Positions 46,350 to 55,594 of a stretch of DNA of 55,594 bases are shown here, in pieces. The notes under the pieces are model-generated. The model did no database searches, had not been told where the DNA came from, and worked only from the letters and a program-made list of their open reading frames with translations. The stretch covers positions 1 through 55,594 of the IMG/VR virus record IMGVR_UViG_3300007770_000016; one strand, given 5' to 3'. Positions within the stretch are counted from its first letter, which is position 1, and every line of letters starts with the position of its first letter. The DNA comes from a virus (taxonomy: Duplodnaviria > Caudoviricetes). The position numbers and the translations under genes were made by a program.

Positions 46350-46911
46350 ACAATTTTACATAGGGTTTGGATCGGGAATTAAACTTCTCTCGGAAGATTG
46401 GTACATCAAAGAGTTCGGAACAGAAATAACAAAGAAATCTTTCCGGTCATTCTGTAGAGCATTAGGAGTCCCGTTAATAGAAATTGGTAAAACTACCTTT
46501 ATCGAAATGCACTCATTCCAACTTGCACTCAAAGCCATTACTAGAGTGGGGGAATCAGATTTCTATGTATCGGGGTGTCAGTCTATAGCAACGGGTAAAA
46601 AAAGAGCTTCGAAGTTAGATCCTGAATATGTATCTAAAAACCTAGAACCTTTACTTTGTGAGTTAATGGCCTGTAAGGCTATGGGCGGTCTCAACATGAC
46701 AGCAGAAACTAAAACTGCAGCAAGGGTTGCTGCAGAACGAATGGCAAGAGCGGGCATAGCAGAACTTGCGGGAGAATTACAGAAGAAACATAGGAAGAGG
46801 TCAATTCGTATTTTCGGAGATGTGACCGCTAGACCTAATAGTATATTGGATATTTATGAACAAGAAGATAACGAAGAAGACACAGGGAACGATACAGAAA
46901 GTAACGGCTGA
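46339..46911 (+). CDS. Hypothetical, possibly DNA-binding protein
   Basis: 190 aa; upstream of the terminase genes. Confidence 0.55.
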   Translation: MGTEQFYIGFGSGIKLLSEDWYIKEFGTEITKKSFRSFCRALGVPLIEIGKTTFIEMHSFQLALKAITRVGESDFYVSGCQSIATGKKRASKLDPEYVSKNLEPLLCELMACKAMGGLNMTAETKTAARVAAERMARAGIAELAGELQKKHRKRSIRIFGDVTARPNSILDIYEQEDNEEDTGNDTESNG

Positions 46912-47281
46912 AGAAGTAATAACTTCTTTTTATGGATTAGACGGTGCTGCTGCTGCCATAAAAGCGTCTACCTTTGATATGATGGAGGAGATGAATACCA
47001 TCATCCAACACGTAAGAGATCCCGATCCTAAGGTTAGCCTTTCTGCACTAAAACAATTTAGATCTGTAATGAAAGAAGTTATAGGTGCTAATGGTATGAT
47101 AGGGATCGTACAACAAACGGAGACATCACCCGATTCGAATGTGAGTAGAACAATGTCTTCAACAACACTATTAACAAACCTGAGGAGTCAAAATGACAAA
47201 ATCGAAGACCAAAACCAAACGGAAGCCCACCACCAAATCATCGAAGCCCAAACCCGAAGTAGTAAAGATAAAGGTTCCTAA
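46856..47281 (+). CDS. Possible terminase small subunit
   Basis: Size, helical pattern and position two genes before terL. Confidence 0.35.
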   Translation: MNKKITKKTQGTIQKVTAEEVITSFYGLDGAAAAIKASTFDMMEEMNTIIQHVRDPDPKVSLSALKQFRSVMKEVIGANGMIGIVQQTETSPDSNVSRTMSSTTLLTNLRSQNDKIEDQNQTEAHHQIIEAQTRSSKDKGS

Positions 47282-47612
47282 ACTAGATAAGACTTCTGAA
47301 AGGGCTGTTCTCACATTAAAATCTTTAGATGTTATGGAGTTCCTACAAATTGCAGCACCTGCTATTAGGGACTTGGGGATTTACAATATAGACGGTTGGG
47401 CGGGAAGTTTCGATTCCTTATATAAAGAAATTTTTAATTCCCTATTTGATAAAGATAGAAATTTATACCCTCACTGGTATCCCGTAGTATTGGAACTTAA
47501 ATCTAATTCTGTTTGTGCTGGGGATCAAAAGATGCTTGCTGCTGCAATTGCTAGGGTTGGTGCAACCTATGCATTTGTAACTATTTCTATGAACAGGAAT
47601 AACACCGAATAA
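47193..47612 (+). CDS. Hypothetical protein
   Basis: SD GAGGAG; TAATG-coupled to terL. Confidence 0.55.
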   Translation: MTKSKTKTKRKPTTKSSKPKPEVVKIKVPKLDKTSERAVLTLKSLDVMEFLQIAAPAIRDLGIYNIDGWAGSFDSLYKEIFNSLFDKDRNLYPHWYPVVLELKSNSVCAGDQKMLAAAIARVGATYAFVTISMNRNNTE

Positions 47613-49549
47613 TGTTATGGGTTCCTAAGAAAGATAACCCTTTTTATCCTCTTCCCGTAGATTATCCTACCTTAAGTTTAGAGGGTCAAAGACAAGCAAG
47701 AGTAAATGCTTGTCGTTTGTGGACCACAAAAGATAAGACCCCCACTCAAATAGCTGAGGCGTTTGCTGCTTCAATGCGTTTCTTTGATATGTGGTATCTT
47801 CATGCAGACAAAGAAGTAAATTTTGATCCTCTTTTTTATGATGACGATCCCCTAGTAACTCCCGAATTTCATTACGATATTTTAAAACAATGGGCCGGCT
47901 CCCCTCGTAATATTTGTATTGCACCACGGGGCTCTGCTAAATCATTCTTAGTTCGCAAGGCATGTCTCTTAAGAATGATATCCCGACCAATGTTTACAAT
48001 TCTTTATGCTACATCTACAAGTGATAACGCTAGGGGTACAGGGCAATGTCTTAAAGATCAACTCCAACACAATCAAAGACTTCACGATGATTGGAATCCG
48101 GAGTTCCCAGATAATCGTCTTGTCCCTAAAAGAGGTGAAGCACCCTTCGGAACTGAGATGATGCAACTAAGAAATGGTAGTTGGCTCAGAGCAATCTCCG
48201 CAGAATCAAGACAACGTGGTGGACGACCTAGACGATACGTATTGGATGACCCCGAATATGACCCAAAAGCATCAACATCAATGTCACTCATCCGACAGTA
48301 TATGGATGATCTTCTTTTCAAAGTGGTTCTACCTATGGTTATGCGTGCAGGTTGTGGTGTGGATTGGTTGGCTACTTTTGTATCTCGTCGTCACTATGCT
48401 TGGCATGCCCTACAAACTGAACCTAATCTCGAAGGAGAACAAGTAGCATCAGATCCTAGATTCAACTTGTGGTCACGAATGATTGTTCGTGCTGCGTACG
48501 AAGGAGATAAGGGAGAGTTGATATCTTGTTGGCCCGATATGTGGCCTCCCACTATTAAGGAAAAAGAGGCAAATCCTCGGTGGAAAGATAGAGTTTCCTT
48601 AGAAGAAATACGTGAGATCATCGGAACAACCAACTTCTTAGCAGAATATATGGCTAGACCCGGTGAGGGGGAAGGTACATACTTCCCCCACCTCACAAAG
48701 GAAAGACACGGTTGGTGGCTAGAAGATGTTGATCCTGTATTGGAACTAAACCCCCGCCTAAGTAATACTTTAGTCTGTTGGTATTCTGGAGAAACCTTAG
48801 TAAAGAAGAGGATGTGTGAGTTTCTACAATTAACTAGAATATTCATGACTGTTGATACCTCCTTTACCGCTACAGCAGATTCCGACTATAAGGTCGCATG
48901 TGTAATGGGGATTAACTCAGACAACGATTTATTTGTATTAGATCTTTGGTCTGCTCAATGCAGAGAAGACGAACTAATCAAACAGGCTATGAAGTTAGGG
49001 GATCACTGGAAAGTTCCAACAATCCACATTGAAGCGATAAAACAAGGATTAGGTATATATAACACCTTGGATTCCCTAGTTAGAACCCGAGCGAAAGATA
49101 TGATGGATGTTCAGCACCTCCCGGGAATTAAGAAATTAAATCCGGGAATGATCGAAAAATCTACGAAGATAGCCAGTCTCTCACTAAGATTCGAACACAA
49201 TAAAATCAAAGTCCCCCTATGGAAAAGTGGGGGTTCTTTTAGAAGACTAAAAGACCAGATAGAACAATTTAACCCCGATGCTAAAGACGGAGGTCTACAG
49301 CACGATGACGAACTAGACTGCGTATGCATGTCCCAATTTGTTATTAAAGGTAGATTGTCTCAGGTGGTTTCCGTAGAATTACCAAATAAAACACCGTTAG
49401 AGAGGTTAAAGGATGGAGAATTAAAGAATGAATCTACGGGTACTTATATAGCCCACTCTATTGATTGGAGTAAAATAGCAGTATCAGATATTCAAGAAAT
49501 TTTAGATAGGAACATCGCTGATGATACCGACAACACCACAAGAATATGA
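47612..49549 (+). CDS. terL: Terminase large subunit
   Basis: APRGSAKS (Walker A variant), RGGRP..YVLDDPE (Walker B), RNase H-type nuclease TVDTSF ... HDDELD. Confidence 0.9.
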   Translation: MLWVPKKDNPFYPLPVDYPTLSLEGQRQARVNACRLWTTKDKTPTQIAEAFAASMRFFDMWYLHADKEVNFDPLFYDDDPLVTPEFHYDILKQWAGSPRNICIAPRGSAKSFLVRKACLLRMISRPMFTILYATSTSDNARGTGQCLKDQLQHNQRLHDDWNPEFPDNRLVPKRGEAPFGTEMMQLRNGSWLRAISAESRQRGGRPRRYVLDDPEYDPKASTSMSLIRQYMDDLLFKVVLPMVMRAGCGVDWLATFVSRRHYAWHALQTEPNLEGEQVASDPRFNLWSRMIVRAAYEGDKGELISCWPDMWPPTIKEKEANPRWKDRVSLEEIREIIGTTNFLAEYMARPGEGEGTYFPHLTKERHGWWLEDVDPVLELNPRLSNTLVCWYSGETLVKKRMCEFLQLTRIFMTVDTSFTATADSDYKVACVMGINSDNDLFVLDLWSAQCREDELIKQAMKLGDHWKVPTIHIEAIKQGLGIYNTLDSLVRTRAKDMMDVQHLPGIKKLNPGMIEKSTKIASLSLRFEHNKIKVPLWKSGGSFRRLKDQIEQFNPDAKDGGLQHDDELDCVCMSQFVIKGRLSQVVSVELPNKTPLERLKDGELKNESTGTYIAHSIDWSKIAVSDIQEILDRNIADDTDNTTRI

Positions 49550-49841
49550 ACATAAGAACTGCGTAGTTGTACCTTTAGCATTTTTCGATAAACTAATGAG
49601 ATGTTACTACGGTAACGGTCCCCGAGATGGCTGGGGTAATGATTTTCAAATGGCTCCCCAAAATCCTTCAACTGAGGTTATTTCAGACATATCAAAATTA
49701 AAAGACACTACAATAGAAACAAACGTACCTTTTGGGTTTGAGCCTAAGGGATATGCAAAAAAGAAAATAAAGGCTGAAGATAGTGGCACTAGACACCATA
49801 CAACTACCAAAAAATCCAAAGGATCTAGCAAGAGTAATTGA
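49521..49841 (+). CDS. Hypothetical protein
   Basis: SD AGGA; between terL and the portal gene. Confidence 0.5.
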   Translation: MIPTTPQEYEHKNCVVVPLAFFDKLMRCYYGNGPRDGWGNDFQMAPQNPSTEVISDISKLKDTTIETNVPFGFEPKGYAKKKIKAEDSGTRHHTTTKKSKGSSKSN

Positions 49842-51795
49842 CGAACACGCAGACCGTGAGGAGTCACGACTCTCCTATCGTCGTATTATGTGGCTTCTTG
49901 CTTGGCACTACTTATGTGGAGCTCGTCGCTTTGATGTTTTCGATCCTCATACTGGAGCATTATCCCCCCACTACTTAGATGAAGAGGGGAACATGGAATA
50001 CCAATCCCAAGAGATGCTTTCCGCAATTGATAAGGTTTCCTCTAGATTATCCTCCCTAGATCTAAGACCTAAGATTATTCGTAAGGGAGTATCTCTTAAT
50101 AGTATACGAGAAAGAGCAATCGGACAGATCGTAATGGATCATGTCATTCCTCAGGATCAACTAGAAAAAGTAAAGACTAAGTTTGCTCACCTATTCACAT
50201 CTTTAGGTTCTTGTGGTTTAGCGGGACATATCACGGACTCCCCCACTATCGGATTAACTGCGGATCTAGAAGTGATTCATCCAAGAGAATTATTTCCCTT
50301 CCCGTCACTAGGTACAGACTATACAAAAGCTCGTGGGATAATGAGACAACGTACGGTTCCTCTACATTTTCTAGAAGAGATGTTTGGTAAGAAGTTAAAA
50401 AGAAATCTGCAGAAGATGGAGTGGTGGGAACAAACCATAGGCGAAGCAGATGATGAACACGGAGGATCGGATAGTGGTCCTTCGTCCCAAAGCGGTCAGG
50501 ACATTAAGTACTGGAGTGACACATCTCAGGGTGGTGCACGACCATCAAAGCAACACGCGTCAGTAGTAAAAATTCGAGAGGTATGGCTATATGGAGTGGG
50601 GGAGACAGTATCAAGATATGTAGTTACTAGTGGAGAACACGTACTTCACGATGAAATATTTGAGGAAGAAGTATATTGTCCTGTCGGATTCGCTAGGTTT
50701 ATGGAGAACGGTACGTTCCACGGTTCTGGGTTATTTGATCTTCTCTTTAGTTTGAATAGAGAAATGGAGAGATTGATGAAGTCTCTCTTTAATAACGTAA
50801 GGGACATTGACAGGTATGGGGTATTAGTTATGCCTCAGGGTCAATTTAATGACCGTGCTATGTTGAGAGACGTAGGGCAGGGACTTAGAGTTTTACCGTT
50901 CGAGCCTGATCCTGTTGTGGAGACATTCCGGCCCTTTAATATTACTCCGCATAATGCTGGGGATATCCCGGGTAAAACGGCTGCCTTTGCTAAAGATTTA
51001 ATGGATAGGATGAATCCGGTACAAGATCTCATTAAAGAGAAGGGTCGTGTAGATTCTGCTGCGGGTCTATCGTTCTTAGATGAGCAAATTAATAAATCTA
51101 TGACTAATCCCAGTAGAGGAATAGAACAAGCATTCGGGAGTTGTTATAAGTCTGTATTAGCGGGAGCAATTAGAACCTTAATGGAGTCACCTGTAGCAGT
51201 TCCCGTTCAGGATCTCTCGTTAGAAATGGCGGGAGCAATTATTGATGTAGAGAAAAGTGAGATTCAATTCCAAGGTTCAAATCCTCTTCCTTCTCTAAAG
51301 AATATTACTTTGACTATTAAAGAGACTAGCCCTCGTTCTATGGTGGCTAGAAAACAAGAAGCCCTAGAAATGTTAAATGCGGGGATTGCGGATCCTGACT
51401 CTTTTAAACTCTTAGTGTTAAAGGAAGGATTGGATTTTGCGGTTTGGTTGGACGAAGAGAAATCTGCTTACGATATGATTGTACGTAATTGTTTGGTTCT
51501 ATACGGTAACGGACAAGATCCGGGACAAGTTGTTTTAACTCCTCATACCGCAAGACCTGAATTTCAATTAAGAGTTTTGATTTCATTCATGAGTGGTCCA
51601 CTTATGAGTATATCTAGTACCGAAGTACAAAATGAGTTTATTAAACTTAAAGAGTTTATGATGCAGTCTATGGGTGTTATGATGCCCGAAGGAGTACCAT
51701 CACCAATGGAGGCTGCTATGATGCAACAACCACAAGAGGGTATGGATATGGGTCAAGGTGGCCCGATGCCGTTCCCACAACAAGGAGCCATGTAA
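49783..51795 (+). CDS. Portal protein (podovirus type)
   Basis: 670 aa after terL, with a Q/M/P-rich C-terminal tail. Confidence 0.75.
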   Translation: MALDTIQLPKNPKDLARVIDEHADREESRLSYRRIMWLLAWHYLCGARRFDVFDPHTGALSPHYLDEEGNMEYQSQEMLSAIDKVSSRLSSLDLRPKIIRKGVSLNSIRERAIGQIVMDHVIPQDQLEKVKTKFAHLFTSLGSCGLAGHITDSPTIGLTADLEVIHPRELFPFPSLGTDYTKARGIMRQRTVPLHFLEEMFGKKLKRNLQKMEWWEQTIGEADDEHGGSDSGPSSQSGQDIKYWSDTSQGGARPSKQHASVVKIREVWLYGVGETVSRYVVTSGEHVLHDEIFEEEVYCPVGFARFMENGTFHGSGLFDLLFSLNREMERLMKSLFNNVRDIDRYGVLVMPQGQFNDRAMLRDVGQGLRVLPFEPDPVVETFRPFNITPHNAGDIPGKTAAFAKDLMDRMNPVQDLIKEKGRVDSAAGLSFLDEQINKSMTNPSRGIEQAFGSCYKSVLAGAIRTLMESPVAVPVQDLSLEMAGAIIDVEKSEIQFQGSNPLPSLKNITLTIKETSPRSMVARKQEALEMLNAGIADPDSFKLLVLKEGLDFAVWLDEEKSAYDMIVRNCLVLYGNGQDPGQVVLTPHTARPEFQLRVLISFMSGPLMSISSTEVQNEFIKLKEFMMQSMGVMMPEGVPSPMEAAMMQQPQEGMDMGQGGPMPFPQQGAM

Positions 51796-52722
51796 ATGTC
51801 TGAAGAAAATACTGAAGTAACACAACCAGAAACAACTGAAACAACACAACCATCAATGGATTTGGATTCGACTATTAAAGTTGACGGTGAAGAAATCTCA
51901 GTTCGAGAATTAATTAATTCTCGGGACGAAGCAGTAAAGCTTAAAGAGTATAATGAAAATGCTAGAAAATTAATTTCTCCTAACGGGGTAAATGATGATA
52001 ATAGAGAACAAGCGGTTCGTTACCTTATGAGTCAAGAGGGTTATGCTCCTGAAGATATAAACGAATATATTGAGTGGACAAAACAAATAGAACAACCCAC
52101 CGCTGAACCCGCTCCCGAATCTACGTATGATCCGGAACTTACCCTTGAAAATGATTACCCAGAAGAACCCCAATTTAACGAGGCCCAATACCAACAGGAA
52201 ATGATGATGCGAGAACAAGAACAAATGAGAATGGCAGAGATTGAAAACCGCCAACAAAAACTCGGTACCGAAATGATGCGTAAGGAAATGACCTCCGCAC
52301 TAGAAAGTGCTTTTACCCAAAGTGAAGAAATTAAGAAATTAATGGGTGTAAATGAGGAGGGTAACAATCGTAAGGATATCCTTCGTGGTGAGGTAGAAAC
52401 CATAATGATGGAAAATCTACGAAAACGTAGAGCTTCTGGAGAAAACTATAATCCAAATTGGTTTGCTGAAGAGGCTGGTAATGCTACAAAATTAGTGTAT
52501 GATAAATTCCGTTCGGTAATCGGTGATCCGGATAAAATCCAGCGTTCACCGGAAACAGCAACAGATAGTGACAATTTGTTTAATAAACCTCCAGTTGATC
52601 CTCCTAAGTATGAGAAGGGTGACGATATGGGTTCTATCAATACGAAAACCCGTGAATGGACACTCGATACATTACTTAGAGGAGCCCGTGAAGACGGGGA
52701 CGGAGGAGAATCGAAAGCTTAA
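51796..52722 (+). CDS. Capsid scaffolding protein
   Basis: Acidic and helical, IKVDGEE motif, between portal and capsid genes. Confidence 0.7.
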   Translation: MSEENTEVTQPETTETTQPSMDLDSTIKVDGEEISVRELINSRDEAVKLKEYNENARKLISPNGVNDDNREQAVRYLMSQEGYAPEDINEYIEWTKQIEQPTAEPAPESTYDPELTLENDYPEEPQFNEAQYQQEMMMREQEQMRMAEIENRQQKLGTEMMRKEMTSALESAFTQSEEIKKLMGVNEEGNNRKDILRGEVETIMMENLRKRRASGENYNPNWFAEEAGNATKLVYDKFRSVIGDPDKIQRSPETATDSDNLFNKPPVDPPKYEKGDDMGSINTKTREWTLDTLLRGAREDGDGGESKA

Positions 52723-52737
52723 TTAAAGGAAATTAAA

Positions 52738-54321
52738 ATGGCTGCTATTTCAGGTTCACTTCACAACCTACATGAAAATAGGATTGAAGAAGTGATTAAT
52801 AAAAACATTGAGATCTTCCTTCCTGGTTTAGACCCTATTTGGCGAGATATTATCTCAACAAGTCAGGGCGTTGGACCCGTCGATGCTCTCGGTCGTGACC
52901 TAAAGATTATTAAAGTCTTTATGGGTTCAATGGCTGGTGTTCTCGAACAGGGCAGACCTCGAAACGATCTCTCTCTTTATGGTGACGACACTGATCAACA
53001 CGGTGTACGTCTTTACACACAAAATCTCGATCAAACTTGGCCTTCACCACTAGATGGTCCTAACGCCATGCCATTCCGTCTCGGTATTGGTATGCGTTCA
53101 ATGATGTCTAACATCATGTTCACTCTTGGTGAAATGCAAGCAGAAGCAACTCCTGCCTTTATTGGCGAGATCATTGCTCCTAAACTCGAAGGTTTTTCAC
53201 GGAATATCTCACACACTTTGTGTAACTATTGGTATTTGAATCAAGCAGATAAATACCAACTCAGTACAATTACAAGTAAAGCTACTACAGCTGACGCAAC
53301 TGGCGGTCATGAAGTTACTTTTACTCCAGGTAATGGTGCAGTAGATCGATACTATGTTGGTCAACGAGTTGATGTTTATGATGCAGATTGCACAGTTCGT
53401 TTTAACGATAGTGCTGCTGAGGGTTCACAGACTCTATCTACGAGACAGTCTGTTTATGTCTCAGCCGTAGATGAACTAAAAGGTACTGTAACTATTTTCT
53501 CCGTAACAGATCCAGATGTTGATGATTCAAGTAACTGGAATGGTGGAGTAGTTGCTAATAACTGTGTCGTTGTTTATGCAAACAGTGACCACGCTCTTGG
53601 TGGAACTAATGCATTTACCGGTTTTGCTGGCGTTAATAGTTGGTTGAAATCAGGTGCTTCAGGCACAAACACTCAATACCTACTTGGTGACGACAAAGAC
53701 GGCACCGATGATATTGATGTTTCGGTTCACTCCGAATTCAAAAGTTTCACAAAAGCTAGTGTTGGTGTTCTTACTGAACACAAACTACGACAATACCTTC
53801 GTCGATTCCACGCAGCCAAAAACAAGTACGGTCAATATATTGACTGCTTGATCGCCTCTGATGGTGTTTGGCTAAACTACGAATCAACGAAAATTGGTCG
53901 TGAAATTTTGGATCGTACTGGTCGCCTATCAAGCGTGACTAACGAAGGTTCAAATGAAGGCTTCAAATTCACCTTTGATGGTCGTTCATATACTGGTTAC
54001 ACTTCAACTTATGTTGAAGACAACACTGTATATGGAATCCGCAAAGGTGGAAATAACTGGAAACGATATGTTCCACCTTCAGTTTCAGGTACAAGCAAAT
54101 TTGCTCAAGCAGATGCGGGTGCTCCATTCGAATTCATTGCTGGTGCTCTCACCGGCACGGGTTCTAATAAGCTCCCAATTTATAACTCCTCGGGTGCCAA
54201 TACATTGGTAACTGAAGGCGTTCAAATGCCCGGTCAAATGCGTATGCAGTTGGTCCCAGATCAACCTGCTGGTTTGAAACTAACCGGTGTAACGCAAGAT
54301 AAACTTTATAGTGATAATTGA
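52738..54321 (+). CDS. Major capsid protein
   Basis: Strong SD, high-expression codon bias, follows the scaffold gene, followed by a terminator. Confidence 0.75.
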   Translation: MAAISGSLHNLHENRIEEVINKNIEIFLPGLDPIWRDIISTSQGVGPVDALGRDLKIIKVFMGSMAGVLEQGRPRNDLSLYGDDTDQHGVRLYTQNLDQTWPSPLDGPNAMPFRLGIGMRSMMSNIMFTLGEMQAEATPAFIGEIIAPKLEGFSRNISHTLCNYWYLNQADKYQLSTITSKATTADATGGHEVTFTPGNGAVDRYYVGQRVDVYDADCTVRFNDSAAEGSQTLSTRQSVYVSAVDELKGTVTIFSVTDPDVDDSSNWNGGVVANNCVVVYANSDHALGGTNAFTGFAGVNSWLKSGASGTNTQYLLGDDKDGTDDIDVSVHSEFKSFTKASVGVLTEHKLRQYLRRFHAAKNKYGQYIDCLIASDGVWLNYESTKIGREILDRTGRLSSVTNEGSNEGFKFTFDGRSYTGYTSTYVEDNTVYGIRKGGNNWKRYVPPSVSGTSKFAQADAGAPFEFIAGALTGTGSNKLPIYNSSGANTLVTEGVQMPGQMRMQLVPDQPAGLKLTGVTQDKLYSDN

Positions 54322-54351
54322 TCCTTAAAGTAAACATATCCTCCTGTGTTG

Positions 54352-54391
54352 GGAAAGGGGTCTACCGAGTATGGTAGACCTCTTTTCTTTT
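54352..54391 (+). terminator. Intrinsic terminator after the capsid gene
   Basis: GAAAGGGGTCTACC-GAGTAT-GGTAGACCTCTTTTC then TTTT. Confidence 0.85.
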
Positions 54392-54408
54392 GGTATACTG
54401 TGGAAATG
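54391..54408 (+). promoter_or_regulatory. Extended -10 leaderless promoter
   Basis: TGgTATACT, 6 nt, ATG at 54406. Confidence 0.55.
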
Positions 54409-54951
54409 AACATAGAAATAGGATACAGCCCGTACGAAGAAGCAATAAACACCGGACTACAAATGGGACCAGAACACGAGGTTCTTCCGGAAAGCGAGTG
54501 GCTACGTCACATAAAACGAGAGACGGGTAGAAAAGACCTATTTGTATATAGACACAAATACACAAAGCGGTTCGTACTTGCTCACTGGATATATCCACCG
54601 TGGGAAGTAACTAGACCCGTATGCCTAGAATTGGATACGATGGATAAACCACCAGATAGGGGGGGTTGGATACCCACTAGATTCATAAAATTACGGTGTG
54701 CTCCTGTAGACCAAGAAGAAGAGAAGTTGAAAAAACAACTTCACCATCAAGCGGAATTACGCGAAAAAGAAAGTTCTCGCCTAGAATCCGTAGAACGCAA
54801 ATACTCTATGGTAGACCACTTAAAGCGTAAGGGTATGGATGATGCTGCCTTGTCCCTAAAAAATTCCAAGGTACACTATAGTGAGGATACCAGTGAACTA
54901 ACTGAAGATCTCATCAATGCTTCAAAAGGAAAGGTAATCACTCATGGCTAA
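54406..54951 (+). CDS. Hypothetical protein
   Basis: The ORF-track start lies at the terminator; ATG 54406 fits the promoter. Confidence 0.6.
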   Translation: MNIEIGYSPYEEAINTGLQMGPEHEVLPESEWLRHIKRETGRKDLFVYRHKYTKRFVLAHWIYPPWEVTRPVCLELDTMDKPPDRGGWIPTRFIKLRCAPVDQEEEKLKKQLHHQAELREKESSRLESVERKYSMVDHLKRKGMDDAALSLKNSKVHYSEDTSELTEDLINASKGKVITHG

Positions 54952-55480
54952 AGATCCCTCATTTAATTGGACAAAAGAACAAAGACGAGCCGCTGCTCGA
55001 AAAGCAGGTGGTGGAGGTAGAGGTGCGGCTGGTTCGTGGACTAATCAACAAACTAAGTCTTATGACAAAATGTCACGGGCAGCAATGAACGCAGCAATGT
55101 CTGAAGCTCGAGTAGCTAACCAACCAAAATCTAGTCTTTCAGGCATGTCAGATAGATATGCGAATAAAATGTATAAAATGAAAGGGCAACTCGCTAGGGG
55201 AGGAGGGCTTGCTCTTGATCAATTAGAAAATCAAATGTTGCAAACGACAGGAGGGAAATTAGGATTCCACAATTATCAACCGGGTCCTGATAAGGCTTAT
55301 CTCCCCGAAGGTCGAGGTCCCGGATATAGTTCTAGTAGAAAAGGACTTACGGATATAGTAAAAAGGATGGGGGGTAAAGGTGGAATGGGGGGTATGATGG
55401 CTATGCTTATGATGATGATGGCAATGGGTATGATGGGTGGAGGTGACGATAACGATTCGCTAGAAGGATTACTAAGATAA
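54944..55480 (+). CDS. Basic Gly/Met-rich protein with C-terminal hydrophobic tail
   Basis: Ends GGMGGMMAMLMMMMAMGMMGGGDDNDSLEGLLR; SD AAGG. Confidence 0.6.
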   Translation: MAKDPSFNWTKEQRRAAARKAGGGGRGAAGSWTNQQTKSYDKMSRAAMNAAMSEARVANQPKSSLSGMSDRYANKMYKMKGQLARGGGLALDQLENQMLQTTGGKLGFHNYQPGPDKAYLPEGRGPGYSSSRKGLTDIVKRMGGKGGMGGMMAMLMMMMAMGMMGGGDDNDSLEGLLR

Positions 55481-55594
55481 TGGATAGTACGGGTTCAATA
55501 TTAATGACGACTATTACGAGGATTCGTACCTATTTGGACGACCCCTCGCTAGATGCTAAATATGATAATGATTTTCTGGTGAGACAAATCATTG
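55476..55594. repeat. Terminal direct repeat, copy 2
   Basis: Identical to positions 1-119. Confidence 0.97.

Noticed and set aside
55476-55594. 119-bp terminal repeat as a biological DTR
   Set aside because: It falls across a coupled gene junction, and its length equals a common assembler k-mer size (119). It is best explained as circular contig overlap.
1-55594. Stop-codon reassignment, tRNA genes, integrase, reverse transcriptase/DGR
   Set aside because: Long genes are intact in the standard code and use all three stop codons. I saw no tRNA cloverleaf, recombinase or RT motifs by eye.

Overview
Apparently complete, circularly assembled tailed-phage genome of about 55,475 bp. Positions 1-119 are repeated exactly at 55476-55594, probably an assembly overlap. 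The layout is podovirus-like. A + strand late block runs from 44062 through the join to 25068: terminase, portal, scaffold, major capsid, a triplicated adaptor-like protein, collagen fibres with two glycosyltransferase-like genes, a nozzle, large internal/ejection proteins, a metallophosphoesterase and two HExxH peptidases. A - strand early/replication block runs from 43971 to 25117: D5/P4-type helicase, many small ORFs, DUF932, family-4 UDG, family-A DNA polymerase, ERCC4 nuclease, small membrane proteins, PD-(D/E)XK nuclease, Sak4-like ATPase and SSB. I could not recognise an integrase, RNA polymerase, tRNA, CRISPR array or endolysin. Most notable signals: (1) the octamer AGTGGGGG occurs about 41 times, in all six reading frames; (2) several basic late proteins (two Zn-peptidases, a permuted SLOG-domain protein, a Gly/Met-rich protein) end in similar hydrophobic C-terminal tails; (3) a ~450-nt pseudoknotted ncRNA candidate; (4) late 3'-UTRs complementary to ribosome-binding sites of opposite-strand genes; (5) an ORF nested out of frame inside the DNA polymerase; (6) a mirror-symmetric 12-iteron origin candidate beside a multi-stem element. 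All protein calls come from motif recognition by eye; no database searches were run.
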